From: Promethearchaeota archaeon | GTDB taxonomy: Archaea > Asgardarchaeota > Lokiarchaeia > Sigyniarchaeales > SOKP01 | Assembly (NCBI GenBank): GCA_018238625.1 | Contig: JABCSY010000072.1 | Coordinates: forward strand, 1-20,498 | Length of the DNA stretch: 20,498 nt | Reading direction: 5' to 3' | Shown: piece by piece, positions 7,390-18,268 of the stretch | Position numbering within the stretch: position 1 is the first letter of the stretch | Layout: each line of letters starts with the position of its first letter | The notes under the pieces: model-generated | Database searches by the model: none | What the model was told of the DNA's origin: nothing | The model's input: only the letters and a program-made list of their open reading frames with translations | Translations under genes and position numbers: made by a program

Positions 7390-8874
7390 TTATTTGTGTA
7401 TAGGTCTTCCTTTTTTGTGTATAGCAAGGCCAAAAACATCTTCCATCCCTTCCAAAACCATCTCGCTGATTGTTGGGTGCGAATGTATTGTTTCTGCGAC
7501 ATCGTGAACAGTTAATCCATGTTGCATGGCTAAAGCGATCTCTGAAATCAATTCAGGTGCTTCAGTTCCAATACAAGATGCTCCAATAATTTTATGTGTT
7601 TGCTTATCCGCCAAAATTAAAATGAAGCCTTCTTCTTCACCCATACACTTCGCTTTTCCTAGCGACATATACGGGAATCGTCCCATCATTAACTCATATC
7701 CTAAATCTTTAGCTTGCTTTCTACGTATACCAACTGAACCAATATTTGGGCTTGTAAAAATGGTTGCTGGAACAACTCTATAATCTGTAGTTCTTTCTTC
7801 AACAGGGAACCCACCTAAGCTAGCTAAAGTGTTTGCAACGGCAACATCCCCTTCGTGACTAGCAACATGAGCCAACATGAGTCCACCAGTCACGTCACCA
7901 ATGGCATAAATACCTTTTACGGAAGTCTCTAAAGTCTTAAGGTCTACTTTTATTGATCCTCTAGCAGTTTCGATTCCAAGTTCTTCTAATCCTAAGTTGC
8001 CCGACTCTTTTGCTCGGCCAATAGATACTAAGCAATAATCAGCTTCAAAGTATGACTTTTCGGCGGATTCTACTTGGTCTCTAGGAACAGCTGCTGAACA
8101 AGTTGTTGCTTTCACGCCCGTTCCAGTATTATCAACTGATAACACGTTTTGAGAGACGTGAATTTCGATTCCTAAAGAATTTAATTTCTTTTGTAGCTCT
8201 TTCACGATCATAGGCTCTTCGGTTGCGATCGGAGAGGGAAGATATTCTAATATGATAACTTTACTTCCAAAAGAAGAAAATATGTTAGCAAATTCGCATC
8301 CTATCACTCCAGCTCCAATAATAAGCAATTTTTTTGGAACAATTCTGAAATCGGGCAAGAGAATATCGTCACTAGTTAAAATTCTATCGTGATCAATATT
8401 AAACGCGGGAATCAGTGCAGGAGAGGAGCCTGTAGCAATTATTACTCTTTTTGCTTTAATTTTATTCTTTTCTTCTCCTTCTATTAAGATTTCAAAGCCA
8501 TCGTTAGCATTTCCACCTAATATTTTTCCATGTCCCATAAAAACATCGTTCTTCCACGCCTTTTCTAATGCGGCTATTCCGCCTGTTAATTCTGAAACAA
8601 TTTTATTTTTACGCTCTACAGCTTTTCCAAAATCTAATTTTACATCGCAAGTTACTCCAAGTTCTTCTCCATTTTCTCTTATTCGTTGTATAAGTTCTGC
8701 AGATGCATATAAAGCTTTAGTAGGGATACATCCTACATTTAGACAAGTCCCTCCAAGACTCTTTTTCTCTATTAAGGCGACCTTAGCACCATATTGAGCT
8801 GCTCTAATGGCAGAATGATAGCCACCAGGTCCCGATCCAATAACCGCTATATCATACAATTTAGTTTCCGACAT
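7390..8874 (-). CDS. lpdA: Dihydrolipoamide dehydrogenase (E3)
   Basis: GSGPGGY FAD loop, redox disulfide GGTCLNVGCIPTK, GAGVIGCE NAD loop, AIGDV and the HPTISE dyad. Start is ATG 8874 (TTG 8886 in the track). Confidence 0.95.
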   Translation of the reverse strand: MSETKLYDIAVIGSGPGGYHSAIRAAQYGAKVALIEKKSLGGTCLNVGCIPTKALYASAELIQRIRENGEELGVTCDVKLDFGKAVERKNKIVSELTGGIAALEKAWKNDVFMGHGKILGGNANDGFEILIEGEEKNKIKAKRVIIATGSSPALIPAFNIDHDRILTSDDILLPDFRIVPKKLLIIGAGVIGCEFANIFSSFGSKVIILEYLPSPIATEEPMIVKELQKKLNSLGIEIHVSQNVLSVDNTGTGVKATTCSAAVPRDQVESAEKSYFEADYCLVSIGRAKESGNLGLEELGIETARGSIKVDLKTLETSVKGIYAIGDVTGGLMLAHVASHEGDVAVANTLASLGGFPVEERTTDYRVVPATIFTSPNIGSVGIRRKQAKDLGYELMMGRFPYMSLGKAKCMGEEEGFILILADKQTHKIIGASCIGTEAPELISEIALAMQHGLTVHDVAETIHSHPTISEMVLEGMEDVFGLAIHKKGRPIHK

Positions 8875-8883
8875 CCTTTTTAT

Positions 8884-8927
8884 CAACTTCTTTAATATAA
8901 AGTAACAACTTCTTTAATATAAAGTAA
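8884..8927. repeat. Perfect 22-bp tandem duplication in the lpdA / glycerate kinase divergent region
   Basis: CAACTTCTTTAATATAAAGTAA occurs twice (8884-8905, 8906-8927); each unit contains the palindrome CTTTA-ata-TAAAG. Confidence 0.9.
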
Positions 8928-9008
8928 TAAATTGTACAAACAATATTAAATTTAATTAATTATTTTATCCAATTTAATAAATAATAATTCAAATAACAGT
9001 GTTTAAAG

Positions 9009-10436
9009 TTGGTCGTTAAAAATTTATCGCAATTAACTCCTAAAATCCTAGATAAACTTACGTTAGAGTTAAGAAAAGTAGGACTTGAAGCTTTGGAAGT
9101 TGCGATTAAAGCAGTTGAGCCAAGTAGACTAATTCAGAACAGTGTTAAAGTTATTGATGGTAAATTAAATATTCAAAATGATAAATTCGATCTCAATAAA
9201 TTTAGCAATATCTTTTTAATTGGAGGCGGAAAAGCATCTGCTCAAATGAGTCTAGCACTCGAAAAAATTTTGAACAAACAACCTAAGATAAAATGCGAAG
9301 GATTCATCAACATTCCAGAAGGTCAAAAAATAAGAAACTACGGTCCTTCGAGTAAAATAAGGATGAATCGTGCTTCCCATCCTATTCCAAACGAAAATGG
9401 TTTAACTGGCACGAAGGAAATGGTGAAAATTGTTGAAAATGCCACCAAAAACGATTTAATTATTTGCCTAATTTCTGGTGGAGGTTCCGCCTTATTGCCT
9501 TTGCCTAAGCAAGGTATAACTCTCGAGGATTTACAAAAAGTTAATTCGTTATTATTAGCTTCGGGAGCGTCAATTCAAGAAATAAATACTATTCGAAAAC
9601 ATCTATCTGACTTTAAAGGTGGAAATTTAGCAAAAAAAGTGCATAATACTAGTAAGGCAACTTTAATAACGCTTATTATCTCGGATGTAGTAGGAAATAA
9701 TTTGGATTCTATTGCCTCAGGTCCTACGGTTCCAGATTTGACTACTTACAGCCAAGCTTATGGAGTGCTAAAAAAGTATAGTTTAAACGATAAGGTCCCC
9801 TCTTCGGTAAAAAAAGTAATTGAAAAAGGTTTGAGCGACCCGAGATTAGAAAATCCTAAAGAACGCGATGTTTGCTTTACTACCATATACAATTATTTAA
9901 TCGGAAGCGTTGATTTAGCTGTAAAAGAAGTATCAGCATATTTGAAAGATTTTAACTTTATCATCGACTATTTTACAAACGAAATTGTAGCTAAGGCGAT
10001 AGATTTTGGAAAGGAATTACACGAATTAATCTCAATGAAATTAAAGCCATATGCCAAAAAGCCTGGTAAACACAAATTAGCTCTAATTGGTACCGGTGAA
10101 TTGACAGTTACGATAAAAGGAAAAGGAGTTGGTGGAAGAAACCAAGAGATGTTATTAAGTTTTCTTGACAATGCAAAAAATAAGGAAATTAATTACAAAT
10201 TCTTAATTGTTGGAGCCAATCTCGATGGGATTGAGGGCAATAGTAAGGCAATGGGAGCACTTATCGATAATGTTTCACTTAATCAAATAAATAACGAAAA
10301 AATTAAAACTAAGAGCTATTTAGAAAACAACGACTCCAATAGCTTTTTTAAACTATTAAAAAGCGAGATTATTACGGGACCTACTGGTATTAATGTTAAC
10401 GATTTACTTCTTATTTTGATAGAGCTTCATATTTAA
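9009..10436 (+). CDS. Glycerate 2-kinase (class II, MOFRL domain)
   Basis: GGGKAS, ASHPIP, LISGGGSAL, RKHLSDFKGGNLA, IISDVVG, IASGPT, GGRNQE, DGIEG and TGPTGINVND. TTG start. Confidence 0.93.
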   Translation: MVVKNLSQLTPKILDKLTLELRKVGLEALEVAIKAVEPSRLIQNSVKVIDGKLNIQNDKFDLNKFSNIFLIGGGKASAQMSLALEKILNKQPKIKCEGFINIPEGQKIRNYGPSSKIRMNRASHPIPNENGLTGTKEMVKIVENATKNDLIICLISGGGSALLPLPKQGITLEDLQKVNSLLLASGASIQEINTIRKHLSDFKGGNLAKKVHNTSKATLITLIISDVVGNNLDSIASGPTVPDLTTYSQAYGVLKKYSLNDKVPSSVKKVIEKGLSDPRLENPKERDVCFTTIYNYLIGSVDLAVKEVSAYLKDFNFIIDYFTNEIVAKAIDFGKELHELISMKLKPYAKKPGKHKLALIGTGELTVTIKGKGVGGRNQEMLLSFLDNAKNKEINYKFLIVGANLDGIEGNSKAMGALIDNVSLNQINNEKIKTKSYLENNDSNSFFKLLKSEIITGPTGINVNDLLLILIELHI

Positions 10437-10497
10437 CGCTCAAATCCAGGAAAAATCATAAATTAATATTATAAAAGTTATAGGTTTATTGATAAGT

Positions 10498-10644
10498 ATG
10501 GAACCAAATTTAATAATAACATGTCCGGTTTGTGGATATACTTTTAGAAACACCGATTCCTTCGCAAAAAAAAGTAATATTATTTGCCCAATGTGCGGAT
10601 TTAAGTTTAAGGAACCAAACTTTTTCCCTAAAAGAATAGACTAG
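10498..10644 (+). CDS. Small zinc-ribbon (CPxCG) protein, 48 aa, absent from the ORF track
   Basis: MEPNLIITCPVCGYTFRNTDSFAKKSNIICPMCGFKFKEPNFFPKRID* has two CPxCG knuckles; AT-rich TATA-like sequence lies ~25-30 nt upstream. Confidence 0.85.
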   Translation: MEPNLIITCPVCGYTFRNTDSFAKKSNIICPMCGFKFKEPNFFPKRID

Positions 10645-10808
10645 TTTTCAGTTTAAAGCATTAAATGACTTTTCATTTAATTTATGTATTAGTTAAAAAA
10701 GATTTTTTAACTATCGTGAGTATATTTATTCTATAAAAAATATACAATTATTAATCCATAGATATTTATGGAATATTAACAGAAATGTAAAAATTATGGT
10801 AATCTAAC

Positions 10809-12974
<2,166 letters not shown>

Positions 12975-12994
12975 TTATTTATTTTAAAATTAAA

Positions 12995-13021
12995 TTTTTT
13001 TTATATTTTTATTATATTTTT
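12995..13021 (+). terminator. Putative archaeal oligo-T terminator
   Basis: Runs of T (TTTTTTTTATATTTTTATTATATTTTT) ~20 nt after the stop at 12974. Confidence 0.35.
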
Positions 13022-13137
13022 AAATTATCATAATCATTTAATAAACTTGAAAAAACTTCTATATTTAAGACTAATAGATTATGTATTGATTTTGTACAGA
13101 ATAAAATTTATAAATTTTAAAATTTAGAGATAATCAC

Positions 13138-14820
13138 ATGTCGGTCAAAAAACAATTTAACTTAGATTGGATGTTCGAATGTCCTGATGCAGTTTTAACC
13201 TGCTCGACCCTTGAATGTGGAGACGACTCGTATTTAGTATTTGGAGGCCACGATAAGACTTTATACTTAATGAACGAAGAATTAAACATCCTCGATAGTA
13301 TTACGTTCGATGGGTGGGTAAGAACTACTTTCCCTATAGATATTACTAAAGACGGATGCCAAGAAGTATTAGTAGGAGCGGGAGACGGTAATTTTTTAGT
13401 AGTAAAATTCGTAAAGGGTATAAATAAGTTAGCAGGGATTATGAACTATAAATCTAAGGGTAAAGTCCTATGTGTCACTGGTGGTGATTTCACTAGAAAC
13501 GGAAATATTGAATTGATTCACGGTAGCGAAGATAAAACTCTAAAAATATTCGAAAACATTGATTCTACTGATCCTAAGTATGTATTTTATTACGACTCGT
13601 GGGTAACTGCTTGCGTATTAGGATATTTAAAACTATCAGATGTGAATAAACCTATTTACGGGTTATTAATTGGCACTAAAAATGGTATGCTTCAATTAAT
13701 CCAGTTTAAAGAAGACAAACCAGATATTGTTTGGCAAAAAGACTTAGGCTCTCAAATTAATACAATTGAAGTGGGCGATGTAAAAAATGACGGTTTCAAC
13801 GAAATAGTAGTAGGTACAGACGCATCTCGATTAATTATATTTAATAGCGAAGGCGATGAGTTAAAATCTATTACTCTTGAAGAAGGGCGACCTTTATCTT
13901 TAAAATTAGTTGATATTGACGGTGATAACGCAAAAGAAATTGTAGTAGGCTGTGCTGATGGCACTCTTCGGATATATCACAACACCAACCTAAATTCGAT
14001 AGATCTAGAGCTGAAATGGAAAGCTTCAGCAGAAAATTCAATAAAAATCGTATCTACTATGAAGGATCCTAAAGAAGGTTCAACACGCATTTTAATTGGA
14101 GGATACGATCGAAGTATTAGATGCATCTGTGATTTCGAATGGGGCAAAAAACCCCATTTGGAAATTCCAAACAATATTGTAGAACCTCAACCAACAGAAG
14201 CGGAAGCAAAAGTAGAAAAACCTATTAAATTTGAAACAGTTCCGACAAACATCAGAGAATACATTTTCAAATATTTAATAGATAATAAGATTATATTGGG
14301 CATTGCAAATGAATTAGAGAAGAGGGGATATCTCACTGATAGCGTTGTCGAAGAATTCCAACGTATGATCTCAGAAAAATCTGATTCTTTCGAAAAAGTT
14401 ACGTATTCAGTTTGGACACTACCTGAGGATAAAATAGGTTTAAGCGGTGCGGTCGCAACTCCAGCGAAAAAAAGTAAGAAATCAAAACCTATAGCAAAAC
14501 CTGAAGTGATTAAGCAAGAAATGCCCTCAAAAAAAGGAGGAGCGCTAATCGACGCCTTAAAAAAAGAACCTCAAAAAACTAAGGGAAAAGGAAAGAAACT
14601 TCCAACAGAGACTATAGAGGAAGTGAATATAAGAACGATAATTATTACACATTTAGAAAAACAGAAATTGATACAGTCCAAAACAAAACTAGTCGATGAT
14701 TTGGTCATTTTAGGATACGAGAGAGAAATAGTGGAAAAACAACTCGATAAATTAAGGATGGAAGGCGTTATTGTGTACTCGCGTTCAGAACCTAAAGGTT
14801 GGAGTTTGGGGAATGTTTAA
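13138..14820 (+). CDS. Cytoplasmic FG-GAP/WD-like beta-propeller protein with two C-terminal winged-helix-like repeats
   Basis: Repeated blades DITKDGCQEVLVGAGDG, GDFTRNGNIELIHGSEDKTLKIF, GDVKNDGFNEIVVGTD and VDIDGDNAKEIVVGCADGTLRIY. C-terminal IRTIIITHL...LVILGYEREIVEKQLDKLRMEGVIVY...GWSL looks winged-helix-like. No signal peptide. Confidence 0.75.
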   Translation: MSVKKQFNLDWMFECPDAVLTCSTLECGDDSYLVFGGHDKTLYLMNEELNILDSITFDGWVRTTFPIDITKDGCQEVLVGAGDGNFLVVKFVKGINKLAGIMNYKSKGKVLCVTGGDFTRNGNIELIHGSEDKTLKIFENIDSTDPKYVFYYDSWVTACVLGYLKLSDVNKPIYGLLIGTKNGMLQLIQFKEDKPDIVWQKDLGSQINTIEVGDVKNDGFNEIVVGTDASRLIIFNSEGDELKSITLEEGRPLSLKLVDIDGDNAKEIVVGCADGTLRIYHNTNLNSIDLELKWKASAENSIKIVSTMKDPKEGSTRILIGGYDRSIRCICDFEWGKKPHLEIPNNIVEPQPTEAEAKVEKPIKFETVPTNIREYIFKYLIDNKIILGIANELEKRGYLTDSVVEEFQRMISEKSDSFEKVTYSVWTLPEDKIGLSGAVATPAKKSKKSKPIAKPEVIKQEMPSKKGGALIDALKKEPQKTKGKGKKLPTETIEEVNIRTIIITHLEKQKLIQSKTKLVDDLVILGYEREIVEKQLDKLRMEGVIVYSRSEPKGWSLGNV

Positions 14821-14827
14821 CTCACTA

Positions 14828-15265
14828 TTATGTATAGGTAAACGCTTTAATTTCGTTTTGGAAAGGTTCAAATTGATTCAATTCCGAAAAATCTTTATTA
14901 CTATATCTAGAAACAAAGAGTAGTGAAATAGGTTCGATTTTTTCCAGGAATTTCTTAACAAACTTATCCGTATCTTTCTTCTTTTTATCTATTAAACTAT
15001 ACAAAATGATAGACTCTTTCTGATTAGAATCGGAAGCTTGTATTTCAAAAGCTTTGAAGATAAATAAAATATTGTTAGATTCTAAATATTCTAAACATAA
15101 GTTGTTAAAGGCATTCTTAGCAAATAGATTAATCGCCGATATAAAAGCTCCCCTTAAATCTTTGTTTGCATTCTTAAGATTGTCTTTTTTTTCAATTTTT
15201 TTAAATTCGTGACTAACTAAGACAAAGCCTCGAAATACAATACCAATCTCATACAGTTCTTTCAT
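14828..15265 (-). CDS. Longin-like domain protein
   Basis: 145 aa with a beta-beta-alpha-beta-beta-beta-alpha-alpha pattern: LYEIGIVFRGFVLVSHEF, DLRGAFISAINLFAK, LEYLESNNILFIF, IILYSLID and C-terminal FVSRY...QFEPFQNEI, as in Asgard longins. Confidence 0.72.
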   Translation of the reverse strand: MKELYEIGIVFRGFVLVSHEFKKIEKKDNLKNANKDLRGAFISAINLFAKNAFNNLCLEYLESNNILFIFKAFEIQASDSNQKESIILYSLIDKKKKDTDKFVKKFLEKIEPISLLFVSRYSNKDFSELNQFEPFQNEIKAFTYT

Positions 15266-15377
15266 TTTTTTAAATTATATGTTTGAAGTTTAAACCCTAT
15301 AAACTATAAACTTAATAATAATATTCATATTTATTGTTATACAAAAAAATTCTAAAAATCATGTTTAGGTTTCACAA

Positions 15378-15575
15378 TTGAAAAAAATATGTAAATGGTA
15401 TCAATGTTGCCCGATTAAATATTTTGTAGATCACGGAATGCTTGAAAAAAAATGGGTCGAAGATTACTGTTTAATAGGAAATAAGAATTGTATCAGATAT
15501 CAGAAAGAAGAGAGCGGGGAATTCCACCCGGATAACTTACTACCTAATGGAGAGATTCGAAAGGAATTAAAATAA
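15378..15575 (+). CDS. Small Cys-rich conserved hypothetical protein
   Basis: CKWYQCCP...WVEDYC...CIRY...HPDNLLPNG suggests a metal-binding domain; TTG start; 3' end overlaps the convergent gene by 9 nt. Confidence 0.7.
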   Translation: MKKICKWYQCCPIKYFVDHGMLEKKWVEDYCLIGNKNCIRYQKEESGEFHPDNLLPNGEIRKELK

Positions 15576-16256
15576 ATAACTATTACCAACGCATATATCT
15601 TTAAATTGTTCAGGAAATCTTTGTCTTATTTCCTTAATTTTTTGCGTACAGTGGCAAGCTCCTACGAATTCAATTCCTTCTAGAAAAGTTAAATTACTAA
15701 ATCCGTGGAACCCCCCTATAACGGCTTTAATTTTTTTTGACATTAATCGACCCTTTAAAATAAACGTTTCCAAACCAGGATGAGCGCAACCTGAGATTAT
15801 TATTAAATCGTTTTTTTCTGTTTTTAAAAACAAAGATTGTTCCGCTAAGAATCTACTTCCAAATTGACCAGATGAAAAAATATTCTTGTCAACTTCAACC
15901 ATCTCAGAGATACCTTGAACTTGAGCCTCGGGGTAGGTCTTTATGAAAGATTTCATATCGCGGAGTGGCACGTAAATTTCTATATCGTGATTAATTTGAT
16001 AAATTTCTTTTAAACCTCCAGCATGGTCGTAGTGGTTGTGAGAAATTATAACTTTCTTTATTTCTGAAACTTTAACGTTAAACTTGTTTATGTTGTGAAT
16101 TAGAATATCCCCCTTGGTTCCCGTATCAAACAATATGTGGGTTTTTGAGAGATTATTATAAATTAAAGTTGAAAAACCAAACCCAGTTAAAAAACCCGGT
16201 TGTGCGCAGATGTCGTCGTAAACAATTTTAATTTCAAAAGAAAAGTCAGATTTCAT
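15567..16256 (-). CDS. Metallo-beta-lactamase-fold hydrolase (COG1237-like)
   Basis: ILFDTG, ISHNHYDHAGGL, EQSL, ISGCAHPG, VIGGFH and ACHCT. Confidence 0.9.
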   Translation of the reverse strand: MKSDFSFEIKIVYDDICAQPGFLTGFGFSTLIYNNLSKTHILFDTGTKGDILIHNINKFNVKVSEIKKVIISHNHYDHAGGLKEIYQINHDIEIYVPLRDMKSFIKTYPEAQVQGISEMVEVDKNIFSSGQFGSRFLAEQSLFLKTEKNDLIIISGCAHPGLETFILKGRLMSKKIKAVIGGFHGFSNLTFLEGIEFVGACHCTQKIKEIRQRFPEQFKDICVGNSYLF

Positions 16257-16308
16257 ACTTTTTAAAAGAATTTACCCATTATTAACTATTAGTTTTTGGG
16301 TTAATTTC

Positions 16309-17115
16309 TTATTGTGATTTTTTCCTTAAAATAATAGCTTCTTCAGGACATTTAGAAACGCAAACACCACAACCAAAGCATAAATTGGGGGAAAACTCTA
16401 ATTTTTTGCTAAGGAGTTTTCTAGCGCCAAAGTAACACCACTGCTCGCATAATCCACAATTATTACACTTGTTTGGGTCGCTATAAGCTATAAAATCGCT
16501 TTTAATCATTTGAGGCGAGCCGCTTTTTAAGAACTTATTCATAACTACACAGCAACACGGACAACAATTACATACTACGTAATAAAACTCGGGATTAGGG
16601 AAATATATAATTTGGTGGACGAGTCCTCTCTGGTCGCATTCCTCTAAAAGCTGTTTGATTTCTTCCTTTGTAACTTTTTCTAAATTTTCGGATTTATATG
16701 GAATCTCTTGTAAAGAACTTCCAAACCCGAGATGGATACATGTTTTAATAGGATGGTCGCAATTAGGCTTATCTGAATATTTCCGTTGCGTTTCTCTACA
16801 ATAACAATTTCCTATCCCAACAACTTTAGATCTATTTAATAGCTGTAAGATTTCTTGAGAAGGAAGAAACATAGTGCCAACATCAAAGTTTATGTTCAAT
16901 GGAACAACCTTTCCGCCCCATCTTTGCTTAAAGATGTACCTATTTACTATATTGATAGTGCTGATGTTAAACTTATTATCAAGAAATCTGAAAAATTCTA
17001 ACAGTAATATCTCAAAAATTCCAAAAATTGACGATAGGATTTTACCTATTAATGGTATCCTATACAAAAGCCTATCAAACTTCGCGTGAAACAACCTATA
17101 AGGAAAGACCGTCAT
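16309..17115 (-). CDS. 4Fe-4S dicluster-domain protein
   Basis: CNNCGLCEQWC and CFGCGVCVSKCP ferredoxin motifs, plus CYCR, C...C, GLVH and VCNCCPCCC upstream. Confidence 0.88.
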   Translation of the reverse strand: MTVFPYRLFHAKFDRLLYRIPLIGKILSSIFGIFEILLLEFFRFLDNKFNISTINIVNRYIFKQRWGGKVVPLNINFDVGTMFLPSQEILQLLNRSKVVGIGNCYCRETQRKYSDKPNCDHPIKTCIHLGFGSSLQEIPYKSENLEKVTKEEIKQLLEECDQRGLVHQIIYFPNPEFYYVVCNCCPCCCVVMNKFLKSGSPQMIKSDFIAYSDPNKCNNCGLCEQWCYFGARKLLSKKLEFSPNLCFGCGVCVSKCPEEAIILRKKSQ

Positions 17116-17186
17116 GAAAGCAATTCAAAACTATTTTAAATTAAGAGAGGAAATAATCTAATCAATTCAATTATTAATTATTAAAG

Positions 17187-17194
17187 ATTTATAT
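17187..17194 (+). promoter_or_regulatory. Putative TATA box for the 17217-19486 operon (leaderless)
   Basis: AAAGA-TTTATATT ending ~23 nt upstream of ATG 17217. Confidence 0.4.
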
Positions 17195-17216
17195 TTATCA
17201 TTATTTAAATGATATT

Positions 17217-17732
17217 ATGAATAAGAAAGATAAGAAAGATGAGATTTTAAATAAAGCATTTGAGTTGGGGAAAAAGTACGAGCAAGAATGTACGGGGTGC
17301 GCTCAAACGGCAGTCGCGGCGATTTTTGAATCGTTAGGGATCTGGAACGAAGATGTTTTTAGAGCTGCTAGCGGTTTAGCCGATGGTTTGGGTTTAACAG
17401 GCGATGGTTCTTGTGGCGCGCTTGTTGGCTCTTCTATGGTAATAGGGTATCTCTATGGAAGGGGTCGGGAAGATTTTAAGGACATGTATAAACCCATGAA
17501 ATCTTACTCGCTTGTTAAAAAATTACACGATAAATACGTTAAACAATACGGTTCTTGTCGCTGTTTCGATGTTCAAGAAAAAACGATGGGTAGGACATTC
17601 AATTTATGGAATGCTGACGAAATGAAAGAAGCGTTTAAGGCGGGTATGATGGACAATTGCTCTACTATCGTTGGTAATGTAGCTAAGCTTGCTACAAAAA
17701 TCATATTAAATAGTGGATTTGAACCTAAATAA
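17217..17732 (+). CDS. C_GCAxxG_C_C family putative redox protein
   Basis: CTGCAQT, GLADGLG, SCGALVG, GSCRC and a C-terminal Cys (DNC). Confidence 0.88.
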   Translation: MNKKDKKDEILNKAFELGKKYEQECTGCAQTAVAAIFESLGIWNEDVFRAASGLADGLGLTGDGSCGALVGSSMVIGYLYGRGREDFKDMYKPMKSYSLVKKLHDKYVKQYGSCRCFDVQEKTMGRTFNLWNADEMKEAFKAGMMDNCSTIVGNVAKLATKIILNSGFEPK

Positions 17733-18267
17733 TAAAATGGAGCGTTTTATGATGACTGAGAAAGACTATAAACTTATGTTTGACGAAAAGATTAAAGAAT
17801 TAGAACAATCACTACCTAAAATGAGAGAAGGCGTGAATTGTGCTGAACTAACTCTAACAAATATTTTAGACGTTTTAGGTCTCCACAATGGCGTATATAA
17901 TAACATGATGATCCCTTTAGCTGGGGGACTTGGCGGTTATAAATCCCAGAAAGGATGGATGGGCGCTTGTGGTGCCGTGGTGGGGGGTTGTGCGGCGATT
18001 GGAGTGATTTTAGGGGGTAAGGAAAGGATGGATAACGATCTAATTCCGATAGCATACCTCAAAGCAGCAAAATTTTCGTCGGAATTTGAAAAGGAATTTG
18101 GTTCCGTTGTTTGTTCAGAATTATGCGGGGTAAATTTCAGCGATCCCAATGGATTCATCGAGTACAGACAAAACAATACCTGGTCAAAAACTTGCTGTAG
18201 ATTTATATTTTGGGCAGTTGACGAAGTGAGAAAGTTAACGCGAAAACAATTGAAAAAGAATTGGTGA
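17713..18267 (+). CDS. C_GCAxxG_C_C family putative redox protein (second paralog)
   Basis: NCAE, LAGGLG, ACGAVVG, FGSVVCSEL and KTCC. True start may be ATG 17737 or 17749 instead of GTG 17713. Confidence 0.85.
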   Translation: MDLNLNNKMERFMMTEKDYKLMFDEKIKELEQSLPKMREGVNCAELTLTNILDVLGLHNGVYNNMMIPLAGGLGGYKSQKGWMGACGAVVGGCAAIGVILGGKERMDNDLIPIAYLKAAKFSSEFEKEFGSVVCSELCGVNFSDPNGFIEYRQNNTWSKTCCRFIFWAVDEVRKLTRKQLKKNW

Positions 18268-18268
18268 A

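Noticed and set aside
8884-8927. Repeat considered as a CRISPR remnant
   Set aside because: Two directly adjacent copies with no spacer, and no cas genes.
17217-18267. Possible selenocysteine recoding in the Cys-rich redox genes
   Set aside because: All motif positions are ordinary Cys codons; the TGA at 18265-18267 is at the natural C-terminus just before dpaL.
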